From Epithemia pelagica (lineage: Eukaryota; Protista; Bacillariophyta): 64,000 nucleotides of DNA. The DNA lies in contig OX337238.1 of NCBI GenBank assembly GCA_946965045.2, positions 930,001-994,000 of the forward strand. The letters are read 5' to 3'. Below, piece by piece: positions 20,776 to 33,234 of this stretch; position 1 is the first letter of the stretch, and each line of letters starts with the position of its first letter. A model generated the notes under the pieces. The model was given only the letters and a program-made list of their open reading frames with translations, did not search any database and had not been told where the DNA came from. Position numbers and translations under genes: made by a program.

Positions 20776-23610
20776 ATGACCACCACTGCAACGACTCGTG
20801 TCCCAACCACAACCACCTCTCCGGCGTCTGTCCTCAAGGAGCCCCTGACGGCCTCCACCACCAAACCACAGCACAAGACGACGTCTTCCATGTTTTCCTC
20901 ATCACCTTCCTTTTATTGGTCTACACCAGCCTCCAACCAGGTCATGGATGAATTTCTCTGTCATTCTCATACCAGTGCCCGTGAAGATGCCTCGGCCGCC
21001 ATGACAGAATTGTGGACCACGATTTGGAATCAAACGGAACGCTTGTCCACCTCTTGTCATTCCGATAATACTGAGGGCCGGATGGAGTCGTGGTACGATC
21101 CTTCGCACTTGATGTTGTTGTGTGGTAGCGATACCACAACCACAACAACTCGTCCCGAATTGATGGCGCATCCCCACAAGGATGCAGCCGCACCACAGCA
21201 ATCCGAGGGTGAACCCCGCCAGGGACCTCCTTCTTCGGCAAGCAACCACCACAACCACAAGAAGACGGATTCCATCCTGGCCTCTTGTTCCGATATGGAA
21301 TTTTGGAATGACTTGTTGGTGGAACCCCCCGTCACTGTCAATACAACTACTACGACTACGACTCAATTGACCAAGAATGCCGTCTTGACAGCCTTTACCA
21401 CTGCCATGGTTCCACCGCAGGACTACCCATCATCATCATCATCCACATCTTCGCCGCCCTCCTCGAATGCTCCCAACCCCCATGCTGCTGTTGCTGATGT
21501 TGTTGCTGCCACCAACACGGACCACACCCAAAAGAAGGAGGAGGAGGAGGAGAGTGTGCCAGAGGAGGAGGAAGAGGCCGTCGTCCCCACCACCACCACC
21601 CCCCAATTGTCACCCTCCACGGAACCCTCTCCAGTCGTTGTGGACCCGACCATCACGACCACGGAACCGGTTCCATCCTCCTCTGAACCCGATGCACTCC
21701 AACGCCCGACTCTAGAAGAAGCACCAGCAAGCGGTGAGGAGTCTTTGAAAGACAACAACAAGGTCGAACCCGTACAGCCACCACAAGGTCCAACGATTAC
21801 TTCTGCAACTTCTCCTACTCCTATTCCTACCGTGTTGCCCTACGATGAACTCGAGGACCATCATCAAGAAGCACCCACCATTATGCCCTACGATGAACTC
21901 GAAGAGGATCCCGTCCTGTCCGTCACGGGGAGCATGGACCCTCAGGTCGATGCTGCTACTGCCGGAACCGTGCCGAGTGACAAGAGCACGACCATGGAGC
22001 AGGATCCTGTGCCAGAAACGCAAGACAAGGACGACGATAAGAACAATCGTGTGGATTCTTCCTCCATGGAACCGGAAACCACGCCGTCTGGCTTGGTCCA
22101 CGGTTCGGTCGATTTGGGGACCCATGCCGAGCCGGCAAAGGAGACGGGTGCGGTCGACACCACTACTACTACCACAACGACGACAAGTGTGGTTCCCCTC
22201 AGTGACTCGTTGCTCGATCCAGCCTGGTGTGATTGGAGGCAGCACCAACTGCCCGGAGATTTGTTGGAAGCACAGCAACAACCAAAAGTCACTCGTGACA
22301 TTCCATTGGTAGACCAGGAAACGAACGAGCCTGTCCCGGAAACAGAGGCAACTCTCTCCCCCAACAGGATCAGTCGCAGTAGTAGTAAGGACCTTGCGGA
22401 TGCGGTTCCACCCAGTCTACAAGGGACACCGACATCCCAGGCCTCCTCCTCCTCCTCGGTAGTGGATAATGGCAACAACACTGTGTGGCAGCCCTCTCGT
22501 CACCACGACAGCAAAATGGATCAATTGGCACAAGAATTGGAAAATATTGGAACGGAACCTCATCGACAGCTTTCCCTCCAAGAAACCTTTCATTCATGGA
22601 GCAAAGAAATGGAAAGGGACGATGATGATGAGGACGAAGAGGATGAGGATGAGGACAATGTGAAGGTAGAACATACTGAGGATGACGAGGATCCCCATTA
22701 CTTGCAAAAAGCCTGGCAAACATTGCAGCAACAAGCCAGCGAGGACGACGAGGACAGCGACGACGAAGAAGAAGAGGAACCAGACGAGGCGGATCCACAA
22801 ACCATGTTGTTCACCGATCGCTTTCCATCCGAGGATAATTCCGCGTCGATTGCCTTTGAGTATTCGGCGACAACCACCAACACGGTGTCACCGTGTGAAA
22901 GTGATCTCAGCATATGGGAATTGGCCACCATTCAACAACAACAACAGCACTACCAACAACATCCCTATGAACCTCAAACGTATGCACCACCCAAGGACGA
23001 CCCGACGGACGGGGCGGCCGCTGCTGTGGCCATGGTTGTGCCATCACCTCAAGTACAAGAACGACAATTGTCTCCCTCTCCGCAGCAACAACAAGATTTG
23101 GCTGCCCGGAGTATTCAATTGTGGTGGCATCGAATGCGACATCGCATCAAAACGCGCATGGCAGCCGCTCGCATCCTACAACGCACCTTTCGATCCGAAC
23201 GGAACAAAGCCGCCGCGCTTGCGAACAGTGCCAGTAAGGAACACGAGGATGCAACAACGTCGGCAACTCTCCCAATCCCACCCACACCCACGAATGCTGT
23301 TTCAGATACAGCGTTAGATGTCGTCCTTCCATCTAGCGATCAGGCACAGGAGCATCCTGAAGACGAACAAGATGAGGAGCAGACGAGACGGGGTGATGCT
23401 GCCAGGGTGATTGTGAACACCATACGTAGGTACCGTGATCAGCAACGCCATGAGGAAGAACGGAGATCGAACGCTGCCAAGGTGATTGTGCGTGCCATGT
23501 CTCGCTTCCGGGCCAGACGCTTGTTGGAGGAAATGGATTCGGTTTTGTTCCTTTCGCAATCGTCCGCATGGAATAGTCATTCCGAAGAACCACCCTTGGG
23601 AGTTTTGTAA
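20776..23610 (+). CDS. Low-complexity acidic/Thr-rich protein with C-terminal IQ-like motifs (944 aa)
   Basis: Long uninterrupted ORF. IQ-like segments AARSIQLWWHRMR, AARILQRTFR, AARVIVNTIRRYR, AAKVIVRAMSRFR. Confidence 0.75.
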   Translation: MTTTATTRVPTTTTSPASVLKEPLTASTTKPQHKTTSSMFSSSPSFYWSTPASNQVMDEFLCHSHTSAREDASAAMTELWTTIWNQTERLSTSCHSDNTEGRMESWYDPSHLMLLCGSDTTTTTTRPELMAHPHKDAAAPQQSEGEPRQGPPSSASNHHNHKKTDSILASCSDMEFWNDLLVEPPVTVNTTTTTTTQLTKNAVLTAFTTAMVPPQDYPSSSSSTSSPPSSNAPNPHAAVADVVAATNTDHTQKKEEEEESVPEEEEEAVVPTTTTPQLSPSTEPSPVVVDPTITTTEPVPSSSEPDALQRPTLEEAPASGEESLKDNNKVEPVQPPQGPTITSATSPTPIPTVLPYDELEDHHQEAPTIMPYDELEEDPVLSVTGSMDPQVDAATAGTVPSDKSTTMEQDPVPETQDKDDDKNNRVDSSSMEPETTPSGLVHGSVDLGTHAEPAKETGAVDTTTTTTTTTSVVPLSDSLLDPAWCDWRQHQLPGDLLEAQQQPKVTRDIPLVDQETNEPVPETEATLSPNRISRSSSKDLADAVPPSLQGTPTSQASSSSSVVDNGNNTVWQPSRHHDSKMDQLAQELENIGTEPHRQLSLQETFHSWSKEMERDDDDEDEEDEDEDNVKVEHTEDDEDPHYLQKAWQTLQQQASEDDEDSDDEEEEEPDEADPQTMLFTDRFPSEDNSASIAFEYSATTTNTVSPCESDLSIWELATIQQQQQHYQQHPYEPQTYAPPKDDPTDGAAAAVAMVVPSPQVQERQLSPSPQQQQDLAARSIQLWWHRMRHRIKTRMAAARILQRTFRSERNKAAALANSASKEHEDATTSATLPIPPTPTNAVSDTALDVVLPSSDQAQEHPEDEQDEEQTRRGDAARVIVNTIRRYRDQQRHEEERRSNAAKVIVRAMSRFRARRLLEEMDSVLFLSQSSAWNSHSEEPPLGVL

Positions 23611-23866
23611 TGAACATATTGGGCCCACCGTCGTCGAGAGTGAACAAAGACTTGAGACGAATTGTGTTTGTACTGTTCCAATGGTGTGTGGACGACACGA
23701 CTACGTTCATGACCTATTCTTACATAAATCTATTCTTTAACTGCCAGAAAAATATTGTCTCGTGTTCCAACATGATGCCATTGACAGAAATCTATTTTCT
23801 TTTCAGTACTAAGGAAAGTAGCGTATTTACATGGTTATACTTCGTTATCAACTCTCGAAGTCCACA

Positions 23867-26800
23867 CTATACAAACTTGTCCTTTCCATCTTCAACGGTT
23901 GGAGACTCTGCTTGTTGGACCAAATCCCGGAGTGCTCTAGCACTTTCCGGCCCAGTCGCATCAACAAGGTCAGCAAACATTCCTTCTGCCTGCAACAGAT
24001 CTGCAGGCCTTCCAATTTCAGCCGCATGTCCATCGGCCATTACAAGGACCAAGTCATAATCCATGATTGTATGTAGTCGGTGTGCAATTGTGAGCAGCGT
24101 TGTGTTTTGAAAACGTGTTCTCAGCATGTGTTGGATGAACGCATCGGTTTCTCCTGTTTGGTGCAAGGAAAAGATCCCGAATGTGAGCAATGTGTACGGT
24201 GACAAAACCTCACAACCCAACCCAACCGTGTCGTTACGTACCATCTACACTTGCTGTAGCTTCGTCAAGTACCAAAACCTTCGGCTTGCTGAGAAGGGCT
24301 CGTGCAAGATTCAACAACTGACGTTCACCGACACTAAAGTTGGATCCTCCTTCTTCGACCGTCATTTGAAGAATTTCAGAAGAGTCGGACGGCTGGGCCA
24401 TTCGTACTGCTCTCAATGCCTCCAGTACATCTTCATCACTGCTTTGTCCAAATGGGTCGATGCATTCCCTTAGAATCGTCCCTGTAAGGAAAGGATCTTG
24501 TGGAATAATAGCCATGCCATTTGTGCGTCCTCGAACATCCGAAAGACCCAGTTGCCCAAGATCTGTTCCATCGAGAAGAATACGACCTGACTCAATCTCA
24601 ACTAAGCGGAAAATAGCAACCTGCGCGTCGTAACGATGAGATGAAATAATCGTTAGTCGAACGTATCAACCAAGCTCTAGCGAGCGTCGAATGTGCCTTA
24701 CCGTCAAAGAACTTTTGCCTGCGCCTGTCCTTCCAACGACTCCACAGGACTTTCCAGCAGGTACGGAGAACGTGAGATTGTTTAACGCAAGAGGTAAACC
24801 TTCACGATATCTGAGACAAACATTCTCAAAGACAATTTGTCCATGTTCCGGCCACTCTGGGGCAGGAAGGAAGCGTTCTTCGGTTTTCATTGCTTTTTCG
24901 GCGGGAATTTCAGTCATGGCGTCCACACGTTCAATTGCCGTAATGGCGGATTCGGCTTCTCCAAAGAAATCAATCAGAAAACCCAAGGAGACGGTAAAGT
25001 TGGACGACCAAATAATGAGGAGCCCAACCAACCCTGGTTCAATGCGAAGAACATCGTTCAAACAGACCACCAGAGTAGTTGAAACCAGAACCACCGTGGC
25101 ACCCAAGCTTTCGATGCGCACTCCCAACCATCTTTGAGCAGTGACATAGTTTAACAGTGCGGCACTGTTGGTATCTGCGGCCTCGCGAAACCGGTCCAAG
25201 AAGGTCTGTTCCCTGTTGAAGACTCTTATGGATGCAGCACCATCCAACACTGCGAAAGAAGTGAGGAATTGGTCACAACAATAAGCACGCAAAGAACTCA
25301 TTCGACGTACCCTCCGTGACCATTGCTTGTACCGGTGACCGTGACATTGCATCCAAACGTTGAAGATCGACGCCGGATCTTCGATAGTGCAAAAGAATCA
25401 TAAGGTAGATGGTCGTGACTGGAAACAAACAGAGCAGCATCCATGGAAGAATGGAGCTCATCACTATAATCCCTGCGAAAAACCAGCTTAGCGCAATAAG
25501 CAAAATCGACATGGCTTCTGTTAAAACAATATCCACGACTTCAATGTCATATGTAAAACGATTGAGGACCCGCCCCATGGGCGTTGTTTCAAAATACGAT
25601 AAAGGAGCCTTCAACACACTTTCCTAAAACAACAAGAACAAATGTCAGATATCACACGCAATCACCACGAATCCTTTCGCATATGTAGACCTACCAACAT
25701 CGCCGAAAAGACTTTTTTGGCAGCTCGAGATCCTCCGGTGACAGCCCAGCTTGATCTCAAGTTTGTGGCAATCACTGACAGAACAATCAGGACCGAAAGC
25801 ACTTTGAGGTATTCATATTGCGCCGAGAACCCATCCGTTTGGGGTGCATAGGTTTTACCAAAAACATCAACCGGTTCTTCAGCACCGCTCGTCCATCGAG
25901 CAATCCAATACTCGACGGCGACGTAAAGAAAACGATCCAAAATGAGACACACAAGGATAATGGACAAAAAATAGGCACCACCGGCATATTTGAACCATAA
26001 CAACCAGGTTTTCAGATTGGAAAGTCCATATTCGCGTTGCTCTACCGTCATGATCTCGTGCATTCGTTTCGACCCTCCTCTCTTTTCGTCGTTGCCCCCT
26101 TGACTGGGGAGTCCATCTTGTCCCTCCATTTCGGTATCCTCTTGAACCGATGCTCTCATGTGGTCTACAGCAATTTTGGTTTTCAGGTCGTCCTCCTCCG
26201 GTTCAAACTGACCCAGTTCACTCCAGGACCCCAAGAATTTGTTTTTGCCATCCACAATCACGAGAATTCGGTCCACCATGTTCAAAAAGTGCGACGAATG
26301 AGTTACCAGCACCACAGCGCTGTTGGCAAAAAGCGCCTGTTTTCCACGAATCAATCGATCAAACACTAATTTTGACGTTGTGGCATCCAAGGCCGACAAG
26401 GGATCGTCGCACAACACGACATCGGGACATGAATAGGCGGCTCGCGCCAAGGACACGCGTTGCTTTTGACCTACACAGAGTATAGTTAGTAGTAGCACAG
26501 TGACATTGCAGGCGTGAGATCACAACCGTATCAGCTGGTTGCACCTGTACATGCATACTCACCTCCCGACAGAGTCACTCCTCGTTCTCCAATTTGGGTC
26601 AGATCCTGGGCGGCTCCCAATTGTTCGACATCGGATCGGAGACAACAGGCATCGAGGACTCGTTCGTATCGATCTTGATCAAAGTCGAGACCAAACAAGA
26701 TATTTTCACGAAAGGTGGTATTGAGAATAAAGGGTGTTTGTGGTACATAGGCAATGGTTCCCTGAAATTGGACCCTCGTTTGGTCCGACAGGGGTGCCAC

Positions 26801-28570
26801 TTCTTTGATAATCCCCGACACAAGAGTAGTCTTGCCACTCGCCACGGGGCCACAGACGGCCAACACTTCACCTTTGTGCAATGAGAAATTGAATTCATCC
26901 ACCGAAAACGTGTTGGCTGCAGCGGTGGATGTGGTTACGGTACCGTCCTTGGTATTCGATGCCACCTCGTCAAGCACAGACCCTTGTCGAAAGCCTGCCT
27001 TTTCCAATGTCAATGCCGGTTCCTTGGAAGATAGTTCCCCTGTCATATTGTCGTTGTCATTGGGTTGGTTGTTGTTGTTTTGGGAGTTACTACCAGTGTT
27101 GGCGACGCCCTTGGAGCCCGGTTCTTTTGCCTCTGCCTCTCTTTGTTGTTCCTCCTGCTGTTCGTCTCGATTGTAATCCGTTTCTCTTCCAAGGTAGGCC
27201 GCCACCCGATCCAAGGCCGACAAGGCTTGCGCGGCCTTACCCAAGAACCGGGCCGCATAATTAATGGGAAACCGAAGGGCCGAAAACAAGAGAAGAACCG
27301 AAAAGGTTTTGCTGGCGGTCAAGATATGATCTTCACTGGTGAGGGTGTAGACGGCAAAGGTGGCCACGGTCGCCAAAAGGGGTGAAATGACGGTAATGGT
27401 CAGGGTGGAGGCCCAAACCGCCATTTCCTTGCGCAACAAGACGAGTTCGGCCTGTCGATAGTGAGAGACCTTGTCGTAAAATTGGTCTTCGTAATTGTTG
27501 AGTTTGGCCACCTTGATGCCTTGCAACATGCTGTTGGTCAAACCGACCCGATCGTCCGTCCGTTTGACACGCAATTGTCGAATCTGCAGCATTTTGGCCG
27601 TCACCATGGAGGCCAATGGCAAAAAGGCCACCAAGACGGCAATGCCCACCAAGGTGACGGGGCCCATGACGAGAATCAAAAAGAGTGTCACCAAGGAAAC
27701 CGAGAGTGGCAAGGACCATATCAAATGCCCTTCTTGAGCTGCTTCAAATATTTTTTGGGTATCGACTGCCACCAGTGTTGAGGTTTCCCCCGAGGTCAAT
27801 CCGGTGCGCCCCCGTGGTGTCAAATGCAAGACGTGTTGGTAAATGACATTGACAAGGGTATTGCGCATCAAGACACCACTTTTCATGGCCAAATGACGAT
27901 GTCGATGATTGGCAATGGCATTGAGGGACAAGACGAGGAAAATCCCCACCGCCAGGGGCAATCCCTCCGACACAACGCGTTCCGACGGATGGTCTTCCAA
28001 CACTTGCAAGAGTCGTCGAACCAATAAGGGATTGGTGGATTGACACAAGACTGTGATGAGTTGCCAGAGGCCGGCCGGAACATAGAAATGTCGAATCATG
28101 GGCCACAAGGTATACAAAACGCGTTCTTTGGCCTGATCACTGTGATAAATATCGCTGCGTTGAACGTAAACGAACAAAAGTCAGTCCAGACGAGAGACGG
28201 TTGGACCGTGTGTGAGTCTTTATATGGTTGGACTCGTTCTCCTTGCACCATCGCATGCCGAGACGTACCGGAATTGTTGCGCCAAGTATTTGGATTTCAT
28301 GCAATGAGGGACAGGAAACAAATCTTCTTGTTCGAGCCGAGTTCCATCCTTGTGTTGCAACACACCCTTGGACAAGAGAGGTGACAAATACGAATAGGTC
28401 CAATTGGAAAAGAGACGATATGGCCACGAAATATCGGTACGGTCTTCGGGCCATGTCTCGTGTCGCAGTTTCTTGGTTGTTGCTTCTCCTTCCTTGTGAT
28501 TGCCATTATTCTTGGTGGGGACGTCACCACTGCCTTCATCGGCTGGTACCATTTCCTTGGTCGAACACAT
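23867..28570 (-). CDS. ABCC (MRP-type) full-size ABC transporter, 7 exons, about 1398 aa
   Basis: Exons 28570-28269, 28154-26563, 26470-25695, 25623-25311, 25249-24702, 24620-24242, 24153-23867 sum to 4197 nt in frame, all with GT-AG introns. NBD1: [29 protein letters not shown]2: [30 protein letters not shown]. Confidence 0.93.
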
Positions 28571-29118
28571 CTTCAGTGTGGGTTATGTGGCTTCCAATTC
28601 TACGGTTGCTTTCACTTTTCAGTTGGTATCAGTGTGGGTCTCGATCAAGACCGACAAAGGGAAGCGCGATGTCGGATTTCGTGCTTGGAACAGAACATGC
28701 TCTCTTGGAGCGATCTGTCTGGTCGTTTCTGGGTGTGGCTATTACAGGACCGACGACGATGATGCTGATGCTTGTCTCAACGTCAGGAACCTTTTCGAAC
28801 AAAAGCTCGGGCGTGTTTCGACTTTCTCGCGACGAATTGTTGTGACTCGAAGAAAAAGAGAAATAATCAGGCTATTTTGGATCATTTAATTTTTTAATAT
28901 AAAATTTGGGAGCATTTTAAAAGGCTAGAACCACTATGTCTCGGTTGACGTGAAACTCACTCCTACTCTATCTCCTCCACCCTCGTCTCGGGGAAGAACG
29001 CTTGACGAATCAATTGTGTTCCAAATTATAGTTTAAGAGAAATATATATATAAATGAATAAATGCATAGCAAGGATGGAGTGTGTTGGTGTTCTCTGCCT
29101 GCGCCGCCTGATATATGA

Positions 29119-32100
29119 TTAGACCATGGTCCCGGATCCTCCAGCCGTTGCGGGGGGAGGTCGGAATTGGTTCCATCGTCGATCGGCTTCACTCAAGGCA
29201 TGATTATTATTCGGTAGGTTCGTCGTCGTCGTCGTCGTCGTCGTGTTCCAGGAAGGGTCCGCCATCATGAGTCGTTCGTGTTCTTCGGCACTCCAGATTC
29301 CCGCGGCGGCGGCGGCGGCGGACGACGACGAGGATGACGTATGAGGGGAACGCAACAATCCTTGATTGACATTGGGAGTTTGGACGGTCAAAAGCATCCC
29401 ATTATTACACCGAGAGGGAGATGACCCCGCGGACGACAAGGAAGACCAGGCATAGAGTCCTCGTCGTGGACGATGTTTTGGTATATGGGAAGGAACCAAG
29501 ACCAAGCGCGGTCGTGCATACAAGGTCATGAACGCCAAAAACTGATCCAATGTGATTCCCATGGGTTCTCTTTGGTCAGTCGCCACCACATTCCACAATC
29601 GATCAAAGGTGGGTTCCGTCATCATATTACATCGTGTCACATATTGCCACAATTGGTCTCGTGATACACGGCCCTGACCTTCCTTGTCCAATCGGGCAAA
29701 TACCTTACCCAAAACGACTGGATCCAGCAAAGGCCACTCGCTGTGGTCATCGTGAAATACCGAACTGGAATGACTCCGACTGCTACTGTTACTTCGACAA
29801 CTGTGATTCCGGCGATGGCTGGAACCCAAGGACGACGAACGTTTCTGGAGTTCCTTCAGGTCGTGTTGGATCCAAAGAACAGCAACAGCGACAATCGTCA
29901 AGCCTCCCAGGACCAAAACAACCTTCCAACCAGGGCGAATCCGCGGTTCTTTTGAGTTGGTAGATGGCCATGTCGTGGTGGCACAGGGCGACTCTGGTGT
30001 GCACTCGGGTCCCATGGTCACAGGGTTCAGAACCTGATTGTCTTGTTGCACTTGTTTCAAGTGGGCGATAAATTCTTCTTCCGTAACGGCATGTGCCGTG
30101 AGAGTATAGCTTTCTACCAGGGACTGTTGGGAATAGGGGGGAAAGGGAGCGTTCCGAATATGGTATTCTCCCCGTGCCGTCATGGTTCCTGAAGTGGCAT
30201 TGTATGACTCGACATGCGTCCATTCCCACCATGCAGTGTTGACTGTGGCGCCATCATTCCCGTGACTCTTTTTCTTCTTGTGGTGACCATGTGGTGAGGG
30301 TTGTTGTGGTTTGTTCGTCACGACCATGGCGAGGGTGTGTTCGTCTTGTGGCACAATGGTTCCCGTTGGTCGCCGTTGCGTTGCGCATCGCTGCCCTGCG
30401 AACACGTTGTTGCTCCAAGTTTGGGAGAGATCAAACATGCCATGGAGGAAAAGCAGCTGGACCGATTGGTCTTGTGGTGTATTTTTGGTCGACTTTGTGC
30501 TTGTCTTTTTCCACGATACGGAAAGGCCGACGGTGTCACCAACATCAGTCCATCCATGAATGCCACACGATGCTGCATCCGGGATAGTATTGGATGCGTG
30601 ATGGGGCAAGGGTGCAGTACAAAACGAGGACTGACTCGCGTCAATAGGCCGATACACACGATACCACGTATCCATAAAGTAATGATGAAAGAAGGTTCGA
30701 TTCCACAAGACCGTCACGTCTTGCCGTGGATAAGGAACGGCCCATCCTGGTTGTACGTGAGACGAGGAAAAGTGAGGTTCAGCAGGATGACCCTCACTAT
30801 CCCAAAAGTCCATGGTGCCGACCCAATAGCCACGAGAGTCCTCCCAGACAGGAGCTGGAGTTGGATGAGGATGATAAGACGAGAAGGCCATGGATTTTGA
30901 AACCGCGCGGCGATGGCCATGGTTGGACGCTGTCGTGGAATTGTTCGTGTTGTACGGAACAACTCCAACATCTGGTTTCGTCACCTGTGGTCCTTCATGA
31001 CACCGATGAAGAACCGCACGTCCTTCGAGTGGTTGAGGTGGTCGAGAGGTACTGCCGGTTTGAGGGGATGCCACAGTGACACGACCGCATGTGCTTGTAG
31101 TTGCATTGTCGACTTCGTTCTCCAAAACAGTATGCTGTGCGGCACACAGAATAAGATATTCCAAACGCGCCAATTGCTCTGAGGAAACCACCATGGGTTG
31201 ATCCACAACCGTCCAATGAACTCGCTCCGTACATGGCGGGGAAGTGAAACTACCCTTGTACGTGTACACACCAAAATTGTGCACGGGAGGCAGTGCATAA
31301 ACATCAGGCATCCAACAATTGCGCAATTCCTCCGAATCAGTTTCGGTCGCAGCCATGACATGCTTGTTGGTCACATCCGGAAATACGAGTTGGTGTACGG
31401 GGTAGGGATACGGTGCATCGAGGGGAGCACATTGGCGTTGCGACATGGTAGAGGGAGAGGGACCGCTACAATGCTGAGCCACTTGTTCTTGTTCCTTGGT
31501 AGCCTCGGCTTCCCATCCTCGCAAAAACCATTCAAATTGGACATGGTCCTTCTTCTTGTTTGTAGATGTCGTATCCGCGGTAATCATCATGGCCCACATG
31601 ACGTAGGGGGCATCCGCGGGCGGCGAGCTGGAATCGTCCGTCACATTCGAACGGTCCGAAACCCGTCGATGCAACACTTGCAATTCGGCTGGGAAAAATC
31701 CCGACTTTCCAATCCCCTGTCCTTCCAAGGCATGTTCGGAATAGGATTGAACGTGCAATTCCACAGCTTCCCACCAGATTGAGGGAGAGGAAGGGTCGTG
31801 CTCTTGCGAATCTTGACTTGAATCACCATGGGGAGGGACAGTCATTCGGCCCATATGACACGTGGCCTTTGGTTTGCGATGAACGTGGACGCCTATAGAA
31901 TAAAGAGAAGAGAACGAACCAGATCCGTTTGAGATTGCCGAAAACCAACAGAAAAGGCAAGCAAACAAGACAACCGAATTGTCAGAGACGGCTCCACACA
32001 AAAATTGCTCTGTTTTCTGTCAAACGTACCATAATTTGTGACACGAAATTCCAAATCATTCCAGTGACAAGTCCCTAATTCATAGTCATAGGACGACATG

Positions 32101-32441
32101 TCCGTATCACATTCAGAAGGGGTAATGGAAATGGGAGACTGTCCATAGCCACTCCATCCTTGCGTTCCACCACACTGATTCTCCTTCCACCACCACCACG
32201 ACGTATCGTCCTTTTCCTTGTGGTCCTCTTTGGGAGTATTCTCGCTGTTTGGATTCAAGACCAAGTGCGGCCAGTGCAAAGGACCCAAACCACCGACATG
32301 ATCGTAATACGTAATCCAAGTATTGCGATCAGCGGATTCGCCCACCACCGCCATTGTTCCAGATACCATTAGTAACAGCCAGGGTCCCACTAGACGGAAC
32401 CAGCTCCTGCTCGCTTGTCCGGTACAAGAAGACTGACTCAT
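29119..32441 (-). CDS. Alpha-carbonic-anhydrase-like membrane protein with an unknown middle domain, one TM helix and degenerate EF-hand-like motifs (about 1061 aa)
   Basis: Exons 32441-32030 and 31892-29119. Signal-like N-terminus. CA motifs GPLHW, GQSPI, ELHVQSYSEH, AELQVLH, YTYKGSFTSPPCTERVHW. TM VVLVLGGLTIVAVAVLWI. EF-like LDKEGQGRVSRDQL. Confidence 0.8.
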
Positions 32442-32936
32442 GATGCTTCCGTCTTTGAGCCACAGAAACACTATCAACACGCACACAGAACAAACTGTCT
32501 CCGATTGTTGCTTTCAGAATCAAAGGTCTAGGTAGTTGCCTGATGCGTCTCTTGTACTTCGGGGCGCTTCCACCCTTTTACTATAAACACTACTGCAATT
32601 TGCAATGTTGGATTCCTACGATTCCTTCACTTCAAGTGCGGCTTTTGGTTGACAAGCATGAACCGTCCGCAACCACAGCTGGTCTCCATCAATCTCAGAA
32701 ATTCCTGTTCGATTTGGTGCAGACAAAAGGTCGGAGTACTTCCTAGCGCTTAAATCAGGTCGCCTTAAAATAAGATCCGTCTGGGTCATTCCAACTCAAA
32801 ATAATCGATATAAATGCGACTACAAAAATCTTGAGCGTAGAGAAAGGCTAGAACGCCGGCGCGAAGAGACGAGGGCCATTCAGTAACAGCGTTATAAACG
32901 CGACTAAAAAGCCAACGGGACCAACGTACACCTACC

Positions 32937-33234
32937 TTTGTCTTCGTCATGATACCAGCCGTCTTGGTCGAGCGGTACGACGCTCAGCGGTCTGTGGCCG
33001 GATTCTGGTCTCTCCTGCGAGGGTCCAGGGTTCGATTCCCCACGATCGTGCTTTGTTGGGTTGGAAGGACCACTTGTACAGGGTCCGGAAAAATGGTCGT
33101 CTGTGTGTGGCCCCCGTCACCAGAGGGCTGTTCCCCCGCGTCGAAATGGCGCCAGGGCAGTCGGTCGAGTATGTCCTGCGGGACTGCCACGGCAGCTGAA
33201 ATAGACTATCACTTTTTTTTGTCTTCGTCATGAT
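32937..33234 (+). mobile_element. Candidate tRNA-derived SINE with a 17-bp target-site duplication
   Basis: Perfect direct repeats TTTGTCTTCGTCATGAT at 32937-32953 and 33218-33234. A-box TGGTCGAGCGG at 32965-32975 lies within a D-arm (GTCG/CGAC stem). B-box GGTTCGATTCC at 33029-33039. T8 run at 33213-33220. Confidence 0.7.

Noticed and set aside
32958-33050. Intact tRNA (Glu, His or Sec)
   Set aside because: Only the D-arm and B-box are good. The acceptor and anticodon stems do not pair, and there is no TCA anticodon loop for Sec.
33057-33073. Antisense resemblance to a CR1-type LINE 3' hairpin (GGTCCTTCCAACCC)
   Set aside because: Short, on the wrong strand, internal to the element and based on memory; probably chance.
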